Under the pieces are notes generated by a model that was given only the letters and a program-made list of their open reading frames with translations, was not told the origin of the DNA and did no database searches. A DNA stretch of 64,000 bases from an uncultured delta proteobacterium (lineage in GTDB: Bacteria > Myxococcota_A > Polyangia > Fen-1088): positions 1,248,001 through 1,312,000 of the forward strand of contig CAVYGB010000010.1 of NCBI GenBank assembly GCA_963767925.1, written 5' to 3'. A program made the translations under genes and the position numbers. Each line of letters starts with the position of its first letter. Within the stretch, counting starts at the first letter, position 1. Shown here piece by piece: positions 19,677-28,482 of the stretch.

Positions 19677-20799
19677 AGGCGCCGCCGTCAGCGCCGCGCG
19701 TCCCGCGCCCGGGGGGGCGGTTTCGCCCGCGGTGGGGGCCGACCTCCTCGCGCCGGCGGTGGCGGCCGCCCTGACCCGCGGCGGGGTGGTCCCCGCCCAC
19801 CCGCTCGCGCTGACCAGCGAGCGGCGGCTCGACGAGCGCCGCCAGCGCGCCCTCGGCCGCTACTACGTCGACGCGGGGGCGGCGGGGCTGGCGGTCGGCG
19901 TGCACACGACCCAGTTCACAATCCGCGACCCGGGCGTGGATCTGCTGGCGCCCGTGCTGGCCCTGGCCCGGGAGGTCATGGATCGGGCCGACGCCTCCCG
20001 TCCCGAGCGGCCCCCCTTGCTGCGCATCGCCGGCATCTGCGGGGAGACGCCGCAGGCGCTGGCCGAGGCTCGCCTGGCCCGGGACAATGGCTACCACCTC
20101 GGCCTGCTCAGCCTGGCGGCCCTGGCTCGCGCCTCCGACGATGGGCTGGTCCAGCACGCCCGGGCGGTGGGCGAGGTGCTGCCGCTGATGGGGTTTTACC
20201 TGCAGCCAGCGGTGGGCGGCCGCCAGCTCGGCCGGACCTTCTGGCGCCGGCTGTGCGAGCTGCCGAGCCTGCTGGCGATAAAGATCGCCCCCTTCGACCG
20301 CTACCAGACCCTCGACGTGTACAAGGGCGTGCGCGACAGCGGCCGGGCCGAGCAGATCGCGCTTTACACCGGCAACGACGACAACATCGTCGCCGACCTC
20401 CTCACGACCTTCGATCTGGCGGGGGGGCCGCTGCGGTTCTGTGGCGGCCTGCTCGGGCAGTGGGCGGTCTGGACCCGGGCGGCGGTGGCGCTGGTCGAGT
20501 CGATCCGCCAGGCCACCGCGGGGGCCCCGCCCCTGCCCGCCTCGCTGCTCGCCCTCGGCGCCCAGCTCACCGACGCCAATGCCGCCCTGTTCGACGCCCC
20601 CAACCGCTTCCGCGGCTGCATCCCGGGCATCCACGAGGCCCTCCGCCGGCAGGGGCTGCTCGCCGCGACCACCTGTCTCGACCCCGGCGAGGTCCTCTCA
20701 CCTGGCCAGCTCGATGAGATCGATCGCGTCCACCTGGCTTACCCCCACCTACGCGACGACGCCTTCGTGCGCGAGAACCTCGACCGCTGGCTCGCCTGA
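19663..20799 (+). CDS. Dihydrodipicolinate synthase-like (class I aldolase) family protein
   Basis: PAHPLAL, AVGVHTTQF, GFYLQPAVGG, IKIAPFDRY (Schiff-base Lys), LYTGNDD. Confidence 0.88.
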   Translation: MENSEGAAVSAARPAPGGAVSPAVGADLLAPAVAAALTRGGVVPAHPLALTSERRLDERRQRALGRYYVDAGAAGLAVGVHTTQFTIRDPGVDLLAPVLALAREVMDRADASRPERPPLLRIAGICGETPQALAEARLARDNGYHLGLLSLAALARASDDGLVQHARAVGEVLPLMGFYLQPAVGGRQLGRTFWRRLCELPSLLAIKIAPFDRYQTLDVYKGVRDSGRAEQIALYTGNDDNIVADLLTTFDLAGGPLRFCGGLLGQWAVWTRAAVALVESIRQATAGAPPLPASLLALGAQLTDANAALFDAPNRFRGCIPGIHEALRRQGLLAATTCLDPGEVLSPGQLDEIDRVHLAYPHLRDDAFVRENLDRWLA

Positions 20800-20941
20800 G
20801 CGCCCTTGCACCCGGCTGACAGGAATGTCGGGCTTCGGCCCGGTGCGGGCCGCGCGCAGCGGGTAAACCGGCTACCTGGCGTCCCGGCACCCCGGTTGCA
20901 TTACCCGCCGCCACACCATGTCAGCGCAATCATCGAGGTTC

Positions 20942-21283
20942 ATGAAGCTCGCCCGACCCCTGCGGCTCGCGCGCGTGCTGGCCCTGGGGGGCAGCCTCCT
21001 GGTGGCCGGCGCGGCGTGCGAGGGCGAGGAGGAAAATTCGGACGCCGCCAGGCCCGACGGATCGATGGACGGATCGATGGACACCAGCGTGATCGACTCC
21101 CAGCCGGAGGCGGCCGGCGATCGCCCGCTGGACATGGTCTCGATCGACGTGAACCCGGTCGACGGGCCGGCGGGGGACGTGGCCGACGCCGATCCCGGCG
21201 ACGGGCCGGGCGAGGAGGTCCCGACCGACGCCCCCTTCATCGCCGACGTCGGACCGGCGCTGCCTCCCGAGCTCATCGGCTGA
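20942..21283 (+). CDS. Small acidic secreted/lipoprotein ending in GPALPPELIG
   Basis: Signal peptide with LVAGAAC lipobox-like motif; D/P/G-rich body; 2 bp before the ferritin-like gene. Confidence 0.7.
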   Translation: MKLARPLRLARVLALGGSLLVAGAACEGEEENSDAARPDGSMDGSMDTSVIDSQPEAAGDRPLDMVSIDVNPVDGPAGDVADADPGDGPGEEVPTDAPFIADVGPALPPELIG

Positions 21284-21285
21284 GC

Positions 21286-22119
21286 GTGCCGCCCCGCCGC
21301 CTCAGCTTCGCTCTCAGCCGCACCCGGCTGGCAGCCGACCACCAGCGGCTCGAACGCGCGCTGGGGCGGTCGGTGGCGCTGGCCCCGGTGGACACGGCGG
21401 CGCTGGATCCGGCGGCGCTGGGCCTGGCCCGGCGCTTCTGGGAGGCCCGCACCGTGATGGAGCATCGGTCGGCCACCCTGTTCAGCGACCTGCTCCTGCA
21501 GCTTCGCGACGTGGGCGTCGCCCCCGACGTCGAGGCCATGGTGCTCCGCTGCGCGCTCGACGAGCTGGGCCACGCCGGGCTGTGCGCCCGGTTCGTGACC
21601 GCGCTGGGCGGTGACCCCGAGCAGCCCTGCGAGGAGACCGCCCGCCGCCTGCCGCTCCACGGTCGCATCTCCCCCCGGGCCCGCCTGCTGCGGAACCTGG
21701 TCTACACCTCGGCGCTGTCCGAGACGCTCGCCGCCGCCATCCTGGCGGCCAGCCGCGACCAGGCCCAGGTGCCGGCCGCCCGCCAGGTGCTGGAGGCGCT
21801 CCTCGCCGACGAGGTTGTCCACGGCCGCTTCGGCTGGGACGTGCTCGATCACCTGGCGCCGCTGACCGACGACGATCGCCGGGACCTCGAGCGGTACCTG
21901 CGGATGGCCTTCGACAACTGGGAGCGGGCCGCGCTCGGCGAGGCGCTCGAGACGCCCCGGCGCCCCCTCCCGGCCGACGCGCTGGCCCTGGGCGTCCTCC
22001 CCGCGGAGGCAGGCCGGGAGCTCTTCCGCGGCGTGGTGGCGGAGGCGGTCCTTCCCGGCCTGGAAGCGCGCGGAGTCGCCGCCACCGCCGCCTGGCACGC
22101 CCGCGGCCCCGAGCTCTGA
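21286..22119 (+). CDS. Ferritin-like di-iron domain protein
   Basis: E (MEHRS)...DELGH and SETLA...DEVVH, i.e. two E...ExxH sets. Confidence 0.82.
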   Translation: MPPRRLSFALSRTRLAADHQRLERALGRSVALAPVDTAALDPAALGLARRFWEARTVMEHRSATLFSDLLLQLRDVGVAPDVEAMVLRCALDELGHAGLCARFVTALGGDPEQPCEETARRLPLHGRISPRARLLRNLVYTSALSETLAAAILAASRDQAQVPAARQVLEALLADEVVHGRFGWDVLDHLAPLTDDDRRDLERYLRMAFDNWERAALGEALETPRRPLPADALALGVLPAEAGRELFRGVVAEAVLPGLEARGVAATAAWHARGPEL

Positions 22120-22190
22120 ACCACCCGCGGCTGACGGCCGATCGGCCCGCGGTTGGCTCTCGCCGCGCAACTGCGACTATCATCGCGGCG

Positions 22191-23006
22191 ATGCGTTCCC
22201 CGTTGCCCAAGCCCCTGCGCCACCGCCTGCACGAGATCATCTTCGAATCGGACACCCGCGCGGGGCGGATCTTCGACGCCACGTTGTTGTGGCTGATCCT
22301 GCTCAGCGTGCTGGCCGTCATGCTGGAGAGCGTGAGCAGCTTCCGGGCCCGCTACGGCGTCGAGCTGCGGGTGGCCGAGTGGATCTTCACCGTGCTGTTC
22401 ACCCTGGAGTACCTGCTGCGGCTGCTGGTCCTCAAGCGCCCGATGGCCTACGTGTTCAGCTTCCTCGGCGTCATCGACCTGCTCTCCTTCTTCCCCACCT
22501 ACGTCAGCGCGTTCGTGCCGGGCGCGCAGGCGCTGATCTCCATCCGCGCCTTCCGGGTGATCCGCCTGTTCCGCATCTTCAAGCTCGTCAGCCACATGCG
22601 CCAGGCCCAGGTCATCTCCACCGCCCTGCGGATGTCCCGCCCGAAGATCGTGGTCTTCATGCTGAGCATCTTCGCCATCGTGGTGACGATGGGCTCGGTG
22701 ATCTATCTCGTCGAGGGGGAGGAGAACGGCTTTACCAGCATCCCCCGCAGCGTCTACTGGGCGATCGTCACCGTCACGACGGTGGGCTACGGGGACATGG
22801 TGCCGAAGACGGTCATCGGCCAGATCATCGCCGCCCTGGCGATGATCATGGGCTACGCCATCATCGCCGTCCCCACCGGGATCGTGAGCGCCGACCTCAG
22901 CGAGGCCTCCCGCCAGGTCACCTCGGGCCAGTCCTGCCCCTCCTGCGGCATCGAGGGCCACGACTTCGACGCCGTCCACTGCAAGCACTGCGGGGCCAAG
23001 CTGTGA
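22191..23006 (+). CDS. Voltage-gated potassium channel / ion transporter
   Basis: S4-like RAFRVIRLFRIFK, TTVGYGD filter, C-terminal CPSCG...CKHCG. Confidence 0.93.
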   Translation: MRSPLPKPLRHRLHEIIFESDTRAGRIFDATLLWLILLSVLAVMLESVSSFRARYGVELRVAEWIFTVLFTLEYLLRLLVLKRPMAYVFSFLGVIDLLSFFPTYVSAFVPGAQALISIRAFRVIRLFRIFKLVSHMRQAQVISTALRMSRPKIVVFMLSIFAIVVTMGSVIYLVEGEENGFTSIPRSVYWAIVTVTTVGYGDMVPKTVIGQIIAALAMIMGYAIIAVPTGIVSADLSEASRQVTSGQSCPSCGIEGHDFDAVHCKHCGAKL

Positions 23007-23054
23007 AGCCGGCCCCGTAAGCGCTCGAGCGCCCGGGCGGGGGACCGGCCTGGT

Positions 23055-23986
23055 TCACCTGCGGGGCTTGGCGCCGTCCGCGAGGAACGGCAGGACGGTC
23101 GTGGCCAGGGCGGGGTCGCTGAAGGTGTTGTAGTGGGTCAGGCCCGGCAAGATGGCCAGGCGCGAGGCGGGGCGGCCGGCGCCGTCCCAGCCCGGATCCT
23201 TCTTGCCGCCCCCGAGCAGCGCGAACATCTCGACCGCGTGGGAGGGGGAAAGATGTCGGCGTCGCCGGCGACGATCAGCGTGGGGGACTTGATGGCGGCC
23301 ACCTGCTGGGAAAAGTCGAAGTCCTTCTTCATGGCATCGCCGATCTTGCCCAGCAGCCGGGGCCAGTCCTCGGGGCGGGGGGCGATGCGGCTGTAGAGCT
23401 CGTACATGGGGGTCTGCTTCATCGCCTCGGCGGCGGCGGCGGTGACCTGCCCCTGCTGCGCGAGGATCTCCGGGTAAAAGCCGTTCTTGCGGAAGGGCGC
23501 CGAGACGACGACCAGCTTGCCCACCACCTGGGGGTGGCGAATCGCCGTCAGGAGGGCCACTCCCCCGCCGAGCGAATAGCCCATGACGTCGGCCCGCTCG
23601 AGCTCGAGGTGCTTGATGAGGGCGGCGATGTCGTCGGCCATCAGCTCCACGCTCAGTGGCCGGTCGATGTCGGCCGTCCGCCCGTGCCCCTGGAGATCGA
23701 CGGCGATGACCTTGTGGCGCTTGGCCAGCGCGGGGAGGTTGGGCCCGAACATCTCGATGGCGCCGAGGCCGCCGTGCAGGAGGACCAGCGGGCTACCCGA
23801 GCCGCGGACCTCGTAGTAGAGCTTGATGCCGTTGAGGTCGGCGTATTTCCCGGGGCCTTTGCCCTTCGCGCCCTGGGCCCGGACCGCCCCGGTGTCAGCG
23901 AGGGTCCCGATGGCGGCACCGAGGGCGATCAGCAGCGCGAGGCCGCGCCGGGAAGAGAGGAGGGTCTTCTTGGAAGTGTGGTGCAT
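23055..23986 (-). CDS. Secreted alpha/beta hydrolase (frameshift near 23245)
   Basis: LLHGGLG, DLQGHGRT, GYSLGG nucleophile elbow; C-terminus LPGLTHYNTF...R* lies in another frame. Confidence 0.88.
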
Positions 23987-24009
23987 GGATGTTGCTCCTG
24001 TACCGACAC

Positions 24010-24036
24010 GACGAACGAGCCCCCTCCGGGTCGACA
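24010..24036 (-). promoter_or_regulatory. Putative ECF42-type promoter TGTCGA-N17-CGTC upstream of the hydrolase
   Basis: Minus strand reads TGTCGAcccggagggggctcgttCGTC about 25 bp before the ATG; resembles the recalled ECF42 consensus. Confidence 0.45.
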
Positions 24037-24076
24037 CCGCCGGGTGGTTTTTTTCGGGGAGGGGCAACCGCCCGCG

Positions 24077-24496
24077 TCAGCCGAGCCGGGCGTTGGCCAC
24101 CGAGTGGGACAGCGCGCCCTCGAAAGCCGCGGGATCGGTGTAGATCCGCATGAGCTCGCCCAGGTCGGCAAAATTCCGGACCAGCCCCGCCGACAGGTGG
24201 ATGAAGCGCGAGCCGGTCAACATGCTGACATGCTTGAAGCTGGCCCGGTTCTTCCCCAGCCAGACCGCCCACTCGCCGCTGACGTCGAGCGAAGCCGAGA
24301 TCCCCGACCGGGCGTCGATGAACAGCTCGAGCTGCCCGTCCGCCCGGAGGTCCCGCTCCAGCTCGAGAAAGGCCGCGTCGCCGAACTGCCCCACATCCGA
24401 CCCCGCCAGCAACACCAGCACCACCCCTCGCGCCGGCCGGTGAATGGTCAAAGTCCCCTGCTCGGTACGAAACGCGATCGCCTTGCGGTCGTCCAT
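24077..24496 (-). CDS. Hypothetical protein (STAS/SpoIIAA-like fold possible)
   Basis: ATG at 24496 with GGGAGG RBS; LELFIDAR...VSMLTGSR...IYTDPAAFEGAL. Confidence 0.6.
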   Translation of the reverse strand: MDDRKAIAFRTEQGTLTIHRPARGVVLVLLAGSDVGQFGDAAFLELERDLRADGQLELFIDARSGISASLDVSGEWAVWLGKNRASFKHVSMLTGSRFIHLSAGLVRNFADLGELMRIYTDPAAFEGALSHSVANARLG

Positions 24497-24680
24497 GTCC
24501 GTCCTCCCCGCTCGTGAGGAGGATGCCACAGATCGCAGCGCACGCTTCGCCCCCCGCGGTCCCCCCCTCCACCGGCGCCGTTCGCCGGCGTCCCCTCCGA
24601 TCCTCTCTCGAGCGAGCGAATTCCCACCGCGCGCTTCCTCGCTAGCTTTCCGCTCCCCCTGGGCCGTTCGCCCTCGCCCC

Positions 24681-24941
24681 GCGGCAGCAGCGCGCGGCAG
24701 CAGCGGCAGCAGCGGCAGCAGCGGCAGCAGCGGCAGCAGCGGCAGCAGCGGCAGCAGCGGCAGCAGCGGCAGCAGCGGCAGCAGCGGCAGCAGCGGCAGC
24801 AGCGGCAGCAGCGGCAGCAGCGGCAGGCGGCAGCAGCGGCAGCAGCGGCAGCAGCGGCAGCAGCGGCAGCAGCGGCAGCAGCGGCAGCAGCGGCAGCAGC
24901 GGCAGCAGCGGCAGCAGCGGCAGCAGCGGCAGCAGCGGCAG
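24681..24941. repeat. (GGCAGCAGC)n 9-bp tandem array, about 28 copies
   Basis: Read directly; interruptions near 24692 and 24826; intergenic. Confidence 0.95.
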
Positions 24942-25021
24942 TGGGGAGGGGTGAGGGGTCTGCGGCGAGGAACCCCTCGCCAGACACCGTGCCCGACGGG
25001 ACCCGCCCGATTCGCCGCCCG

Positions 25022-25543
25022 CTACTCGCCCGCCGCGGGAGCCGGCGCCTCGCGGGGCAGGTGGGTGGCGAGCGCCTCGCGCAGCTTCTGCTCCTCATCG
25101 TGCGAGAGCGACGTGCGCAACACCGTGCCCCCGAACCGCCCCAGCTCCTCCGCCACCTTGTCGGCGGTGACCTTCCGGAGCAACACGAACAGCGCCGCCG
25201 TGTCCGCCTGGAACGTCTCCGCGATCTTCTTCATGGTGTCATCGGGAATCCCGTAGTCGGTGAACCGCCCCGACAGCGCCCCCGCCCCCGCCCCGACCAT
25301 CAGCCCGAGCAGCGGATTCATGAACAGCAGCCCGATGAGACTGCCCCAGAACCCACCTCGCACCGCCCCCACCGACACCGTGTTGACGATCTGGTGCAGC
25401 TCCACCTTCCCCTCCGGATCCTTGGTCACGACGACCGCGTCCGCCAGGTCCAGCAGATACTCCGCCTGAAGTTGCACCAGCCGCTCCCGCGCCTCGAAAG
25501 CCGTGTCCTTCTTCCGATAGACGATCGCGATCAAATCGGGCAT
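25022..25543 (-). CDS. DUF1269 domain membrane protein
   Basis: LLDLADAVVV, GGFWGSLIGLLFMNPLLG, DYGIPDD, GGTVLRTSLS. Confidence 0.9.
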   Translation of the reverse strand: MPDLIAIVYRKKDTAFEARERLVQLQAEYLLDLADAVVVTKDPEGKVELHQIVNTVSVGAVRGGFWGSLIGLLFMNPLLGLMVGAGAGALSGRFTDYGIPDDTMKKIAETFQADTAALFVLLRKVTADKVAEELGRFGGTVLRTSLSHDEEQKLREALATHLPREAPAPAAGE

Positions 25544-26119
25544 GTGGTCTTCTCCTGTTTGCCGGAAGCACTCCTTCTACCGCCTGGATCCCCCCCACGC
25601 CCGCAACGCCGAAGTGACAGCCAGATCCCAGGCCGGGAATGGGCGGCAGCCGCCGCCAACGACCTGCTCCCCTCCCGCCGCCCCATCGGACCGCGCCCCG
25701 TGTGAGGCCGTCGAGGCCGTAAGGCGCCCGCCAGGGCCCAATCCACCGGATGGCGTTCGGCGCCCTGGTCGTCGCGGACTGAAGGTCGAGAGCTGCGAGA
25801 GCACGCTCGCGCAGCCAAGTAGGGCGTCCGCCAGCGCCCGGACCAAGCACCGCGGGATGTCCCGACCGTGGAGACAGCTCACAGGACACCGGACCGTCCC
25901 GCGCCGCTCGTTGGCCGCGGCGTAGGCAGGCAGGCGTCGAACCCGCGCCCCCAGTCCACCTCGCCCGCCCCCAGCGGGCGATCCTGGGAGAAGACGAAGA
26001 TCGCCGCCCCGCCCTCGAGCCCTTGTACCCTTGCCGCCGCACCGGTTCGACAGGTCCCCTCCTCGGCGTCCGACGAGGATCCGCGGCCCGAGGACGCCGT
26101 CGACGCGACCCCACCCACC

Positions 26120-26825
26120 TCAGCCAGGTGGAACGCCAGCAGCCACAGCGCCCGCCGCCGCGGGCGCCTCGTCCGGATCGATGAGCCCGCGGCGACGCCA
26201 GCCCACGCAGCCGAGCCACGTCCGCGGCCTCCACGTGACCGGCGGGTCCACCGGCGCCGCCATCGCGACCCGAAAGCCATCGAACCAGGGCGCCGACGAG
26301 CACGGATCGAATCCGCCCCCGCTCGCGCAGCCCGTGTTTCTTGTGGTTCATGAGTACATACACGAGCGCAATGCGTACCTCCCTCGGCGTCCCCAGCGCC
26401 CGGGCATGGTAGCGATCCCCCCAGACCTGCCCAACCCGCCCCAGCTCCCGGTTGATGGCGCGCGCGCTCCGGATCGCCAACCCCCGCGCTCCCCCGGACA
26501 GCGCCACCTTGTCCTGCGCCTCCACGAGCAGGTGGACGTGATCAACCTGAACCGAGAACTGCACCACCCGGAACCCCGTCGAGCTGGCCGCCCGCAGGGA
26601 CTCCCGCAACACCCCGAACACCCGCTTGCTCCGCAACGACGCAAAGCCCGCCCGGGCCCGCAGGGTCATGTGCACCGGATGCGCCCCCTTGTGCTCGGCA
26701 AGAGCACGATGGGGAGCCGGCCGCCGCCGCCCCGGAATCGGAGGCCGCCCGGCGCCCTTCCGCCGCCCACCCCACCCCGAAGTCCGGGGCAGAGCGAGCT
26801 GAGCACATGCCTTCCGCGGCCCCAT
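26120..26825 (-). CDS. REP-associated tyrosine transposase (Y1/HUH, RAYT-like); frameshift near 26316
   Basis: WGGRRKGAGR, PVHMTLR, SVQVDHVHLLVEA (HUH), WGDRYH, YVLMNHKKH; shifted C-terminus GFDPCSSAPWFDG...PRTWLGCVGWRRRGLI. Confidence 0.85.
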
Positions 26826-27113
26826 ATGAATAGGGCTAAATTATATGCTCAAGGTCCATAAGTCAAGACTCGTTGTGTAGATTCCTGGGAGACGCAGGCG
26901 GTGGCCGCGGGGTTTTCGGAGAAGCGCGAGGCGATGGCCATCGAGGCATCGGGCGGCGCAGAGCGGGCGCCGGCGAACGTCACGCAGCAGGCGGAAGCCC
27001 TCGGTTGATGCGCGGGACTCGTGGTGCCCGTGGCAGCAGTTCGGGTGGCTGGGGGGGTGCGGGGGAGACGCCGGAGGGGCGGCAGACCCCGAGGTTGTGG
27101 GGGAAGCGCCGGA

Positions 27114-27214
27114 GGCTGTGGAAAGTGCCGGGGCTATGGACAGCAGACTGCCCACAGCCCCTTGGACAAACCCGCAGAGGGGTTTGCCCACACTTTCCAC
27201 AGCCACTGCTGCTG
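27114..27214. other. Three-way-junction structured element followed by a T run
   Basis: GGCTGTGGAAAGTG (27114-27127) pairs perfectly with CACTTTCCACAGCC (27191-27204) and encloses two internal stems. Confidence 0.75.
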
Positions 27215-28025
27215 TTTTTTTCTGTTCTGACAGAGCGGAGCGGAGCCCGCGGCGCCACCGTTCACCAGCAAGCGGGGTATCCAGCGCCGCTGTGTCGGCG
27301 GGGTGCGGCCTTCCATGACGTTTCGTGGCGACGGAGACCGGGCAATCCGGGTCTGTGACGGCGCCGACGGTGTCGGTGGCGAAGATCTCTTGCCTGTTGT
27401 CCGAGTCGCGTTGGAGCCGTCGCAGACGAATACGTAGTCGGCCGTACTGGGCCGCTCGCAAAGCTCCGCTCCCAGGTGTCGTCGGGATGGCTCTCCGCGC
27501 GCAGAATCGATCCCCCTCCGGCGCGTCCCTATGCCTGCTCCGGAGGCGGCTCCCTGGGCGCGCTCGGTGTTTGGTTTGGGACGCGGGCAGTGGGACCGCC
27601 CGCGTCCACCGCCCGCGTCCCACCGGCCCCGTCCACCGCCCACCGCGTGCTGGGTGGGGCGGCGAACGGCGACCGTAAGGCGGGATCGGTGGGCTCCTGG
27701 TGTGGCGTCAGCCGGTCTACTGGGGAGACGGGTGCGAGCTCCGTGGGGGTATCCGGTCAGGAGGCAGGACGGTGGGACACCGGAGGGGACGGATGGTGCG
27801 CTGCGGGGACGGCGCGGGTGGCCGTGCGGTCCGGCTGGGCACCCGCGCGATGGAGGCGGGCGCAGCGCGAGAGGCGAGACGGCGGGAGCCGGCGCGGCGC
27901 CGGCAGGAGGGCGCAGAGCGGGCAGGCGGCCGGGAGGGCGAGCGCGGGGGATGATGCGGTGGGGGCGGCGGCCGGACGCGAGGGCGGCGGGGGGGAAGAT
28001 TCGGTGAGGGCACCGGCCGGGTGCG

Positions 28026-28415
28026 GGGGCGCCAACCGGGCGCGGGGGCGCCAGCCGGGCGCGGGGGCGCCAGCCGGGGCGCCGGGGCGCCAGCCGGGCG
28101 CCGGGGCGCCAGCCGGGCGCCGGGGCGCCAGCCGGGCGGCGCGGGCGGCGCGGGCGGCGCGGGCGGCGCGGGCGGCGCGGGCGGCGCGGGCGGCGCGGGC
28201 GGCGCGGGCGGCGCGGGCGGCGCGGGCGGCGCGGGCGGCGCGGGCGGCGCGGGCGGCGCGGGCGGCGCGGGCGGCGCGGGCGGCGCGGGCGGCGCGGGCG
28301 GCGCGGGCGGCGCGGGCGGCGCGGGCGGCGCGGGCGGCGCGGGCGGCGCGGGCGGCGCGGGCGGCGCGGGCGGCGCGGGCGGCGCGGGCGGCGCGGGCGG
28401 CGCGGGCGGCGCGGG
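28026..28415. repeat. About six 19-bp units (GGGGCGCCAGCCGGGCGCC) followed by a (CGGGCGGCG)n 9-bp array of about 31 copies
   Basis: Read directly; intergenic, upstream of the ECF sigma gene. Confidence 0.93.
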
Positions 28416-28482
28416 GATGATGCGGTGGGGGGGGTAGGGGCGGGGCCAACACCTGGGGGTTCGGTGAAATACTTGGGGGGAG

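Noticed and set aside
24448..25256. Poly-Ala/Cys-Arg and Ser-Gly/Gln-Arg ORFs
   Set aside because: They are translations of the 9-bp DNA array and overlap real genes
25819..25839. GTAG-GGCG...CGCCC mini hairpin as a canonical REP of the RAYT
   Set aside because: Stem is only about 5 bp and no matching second copy was found in the window
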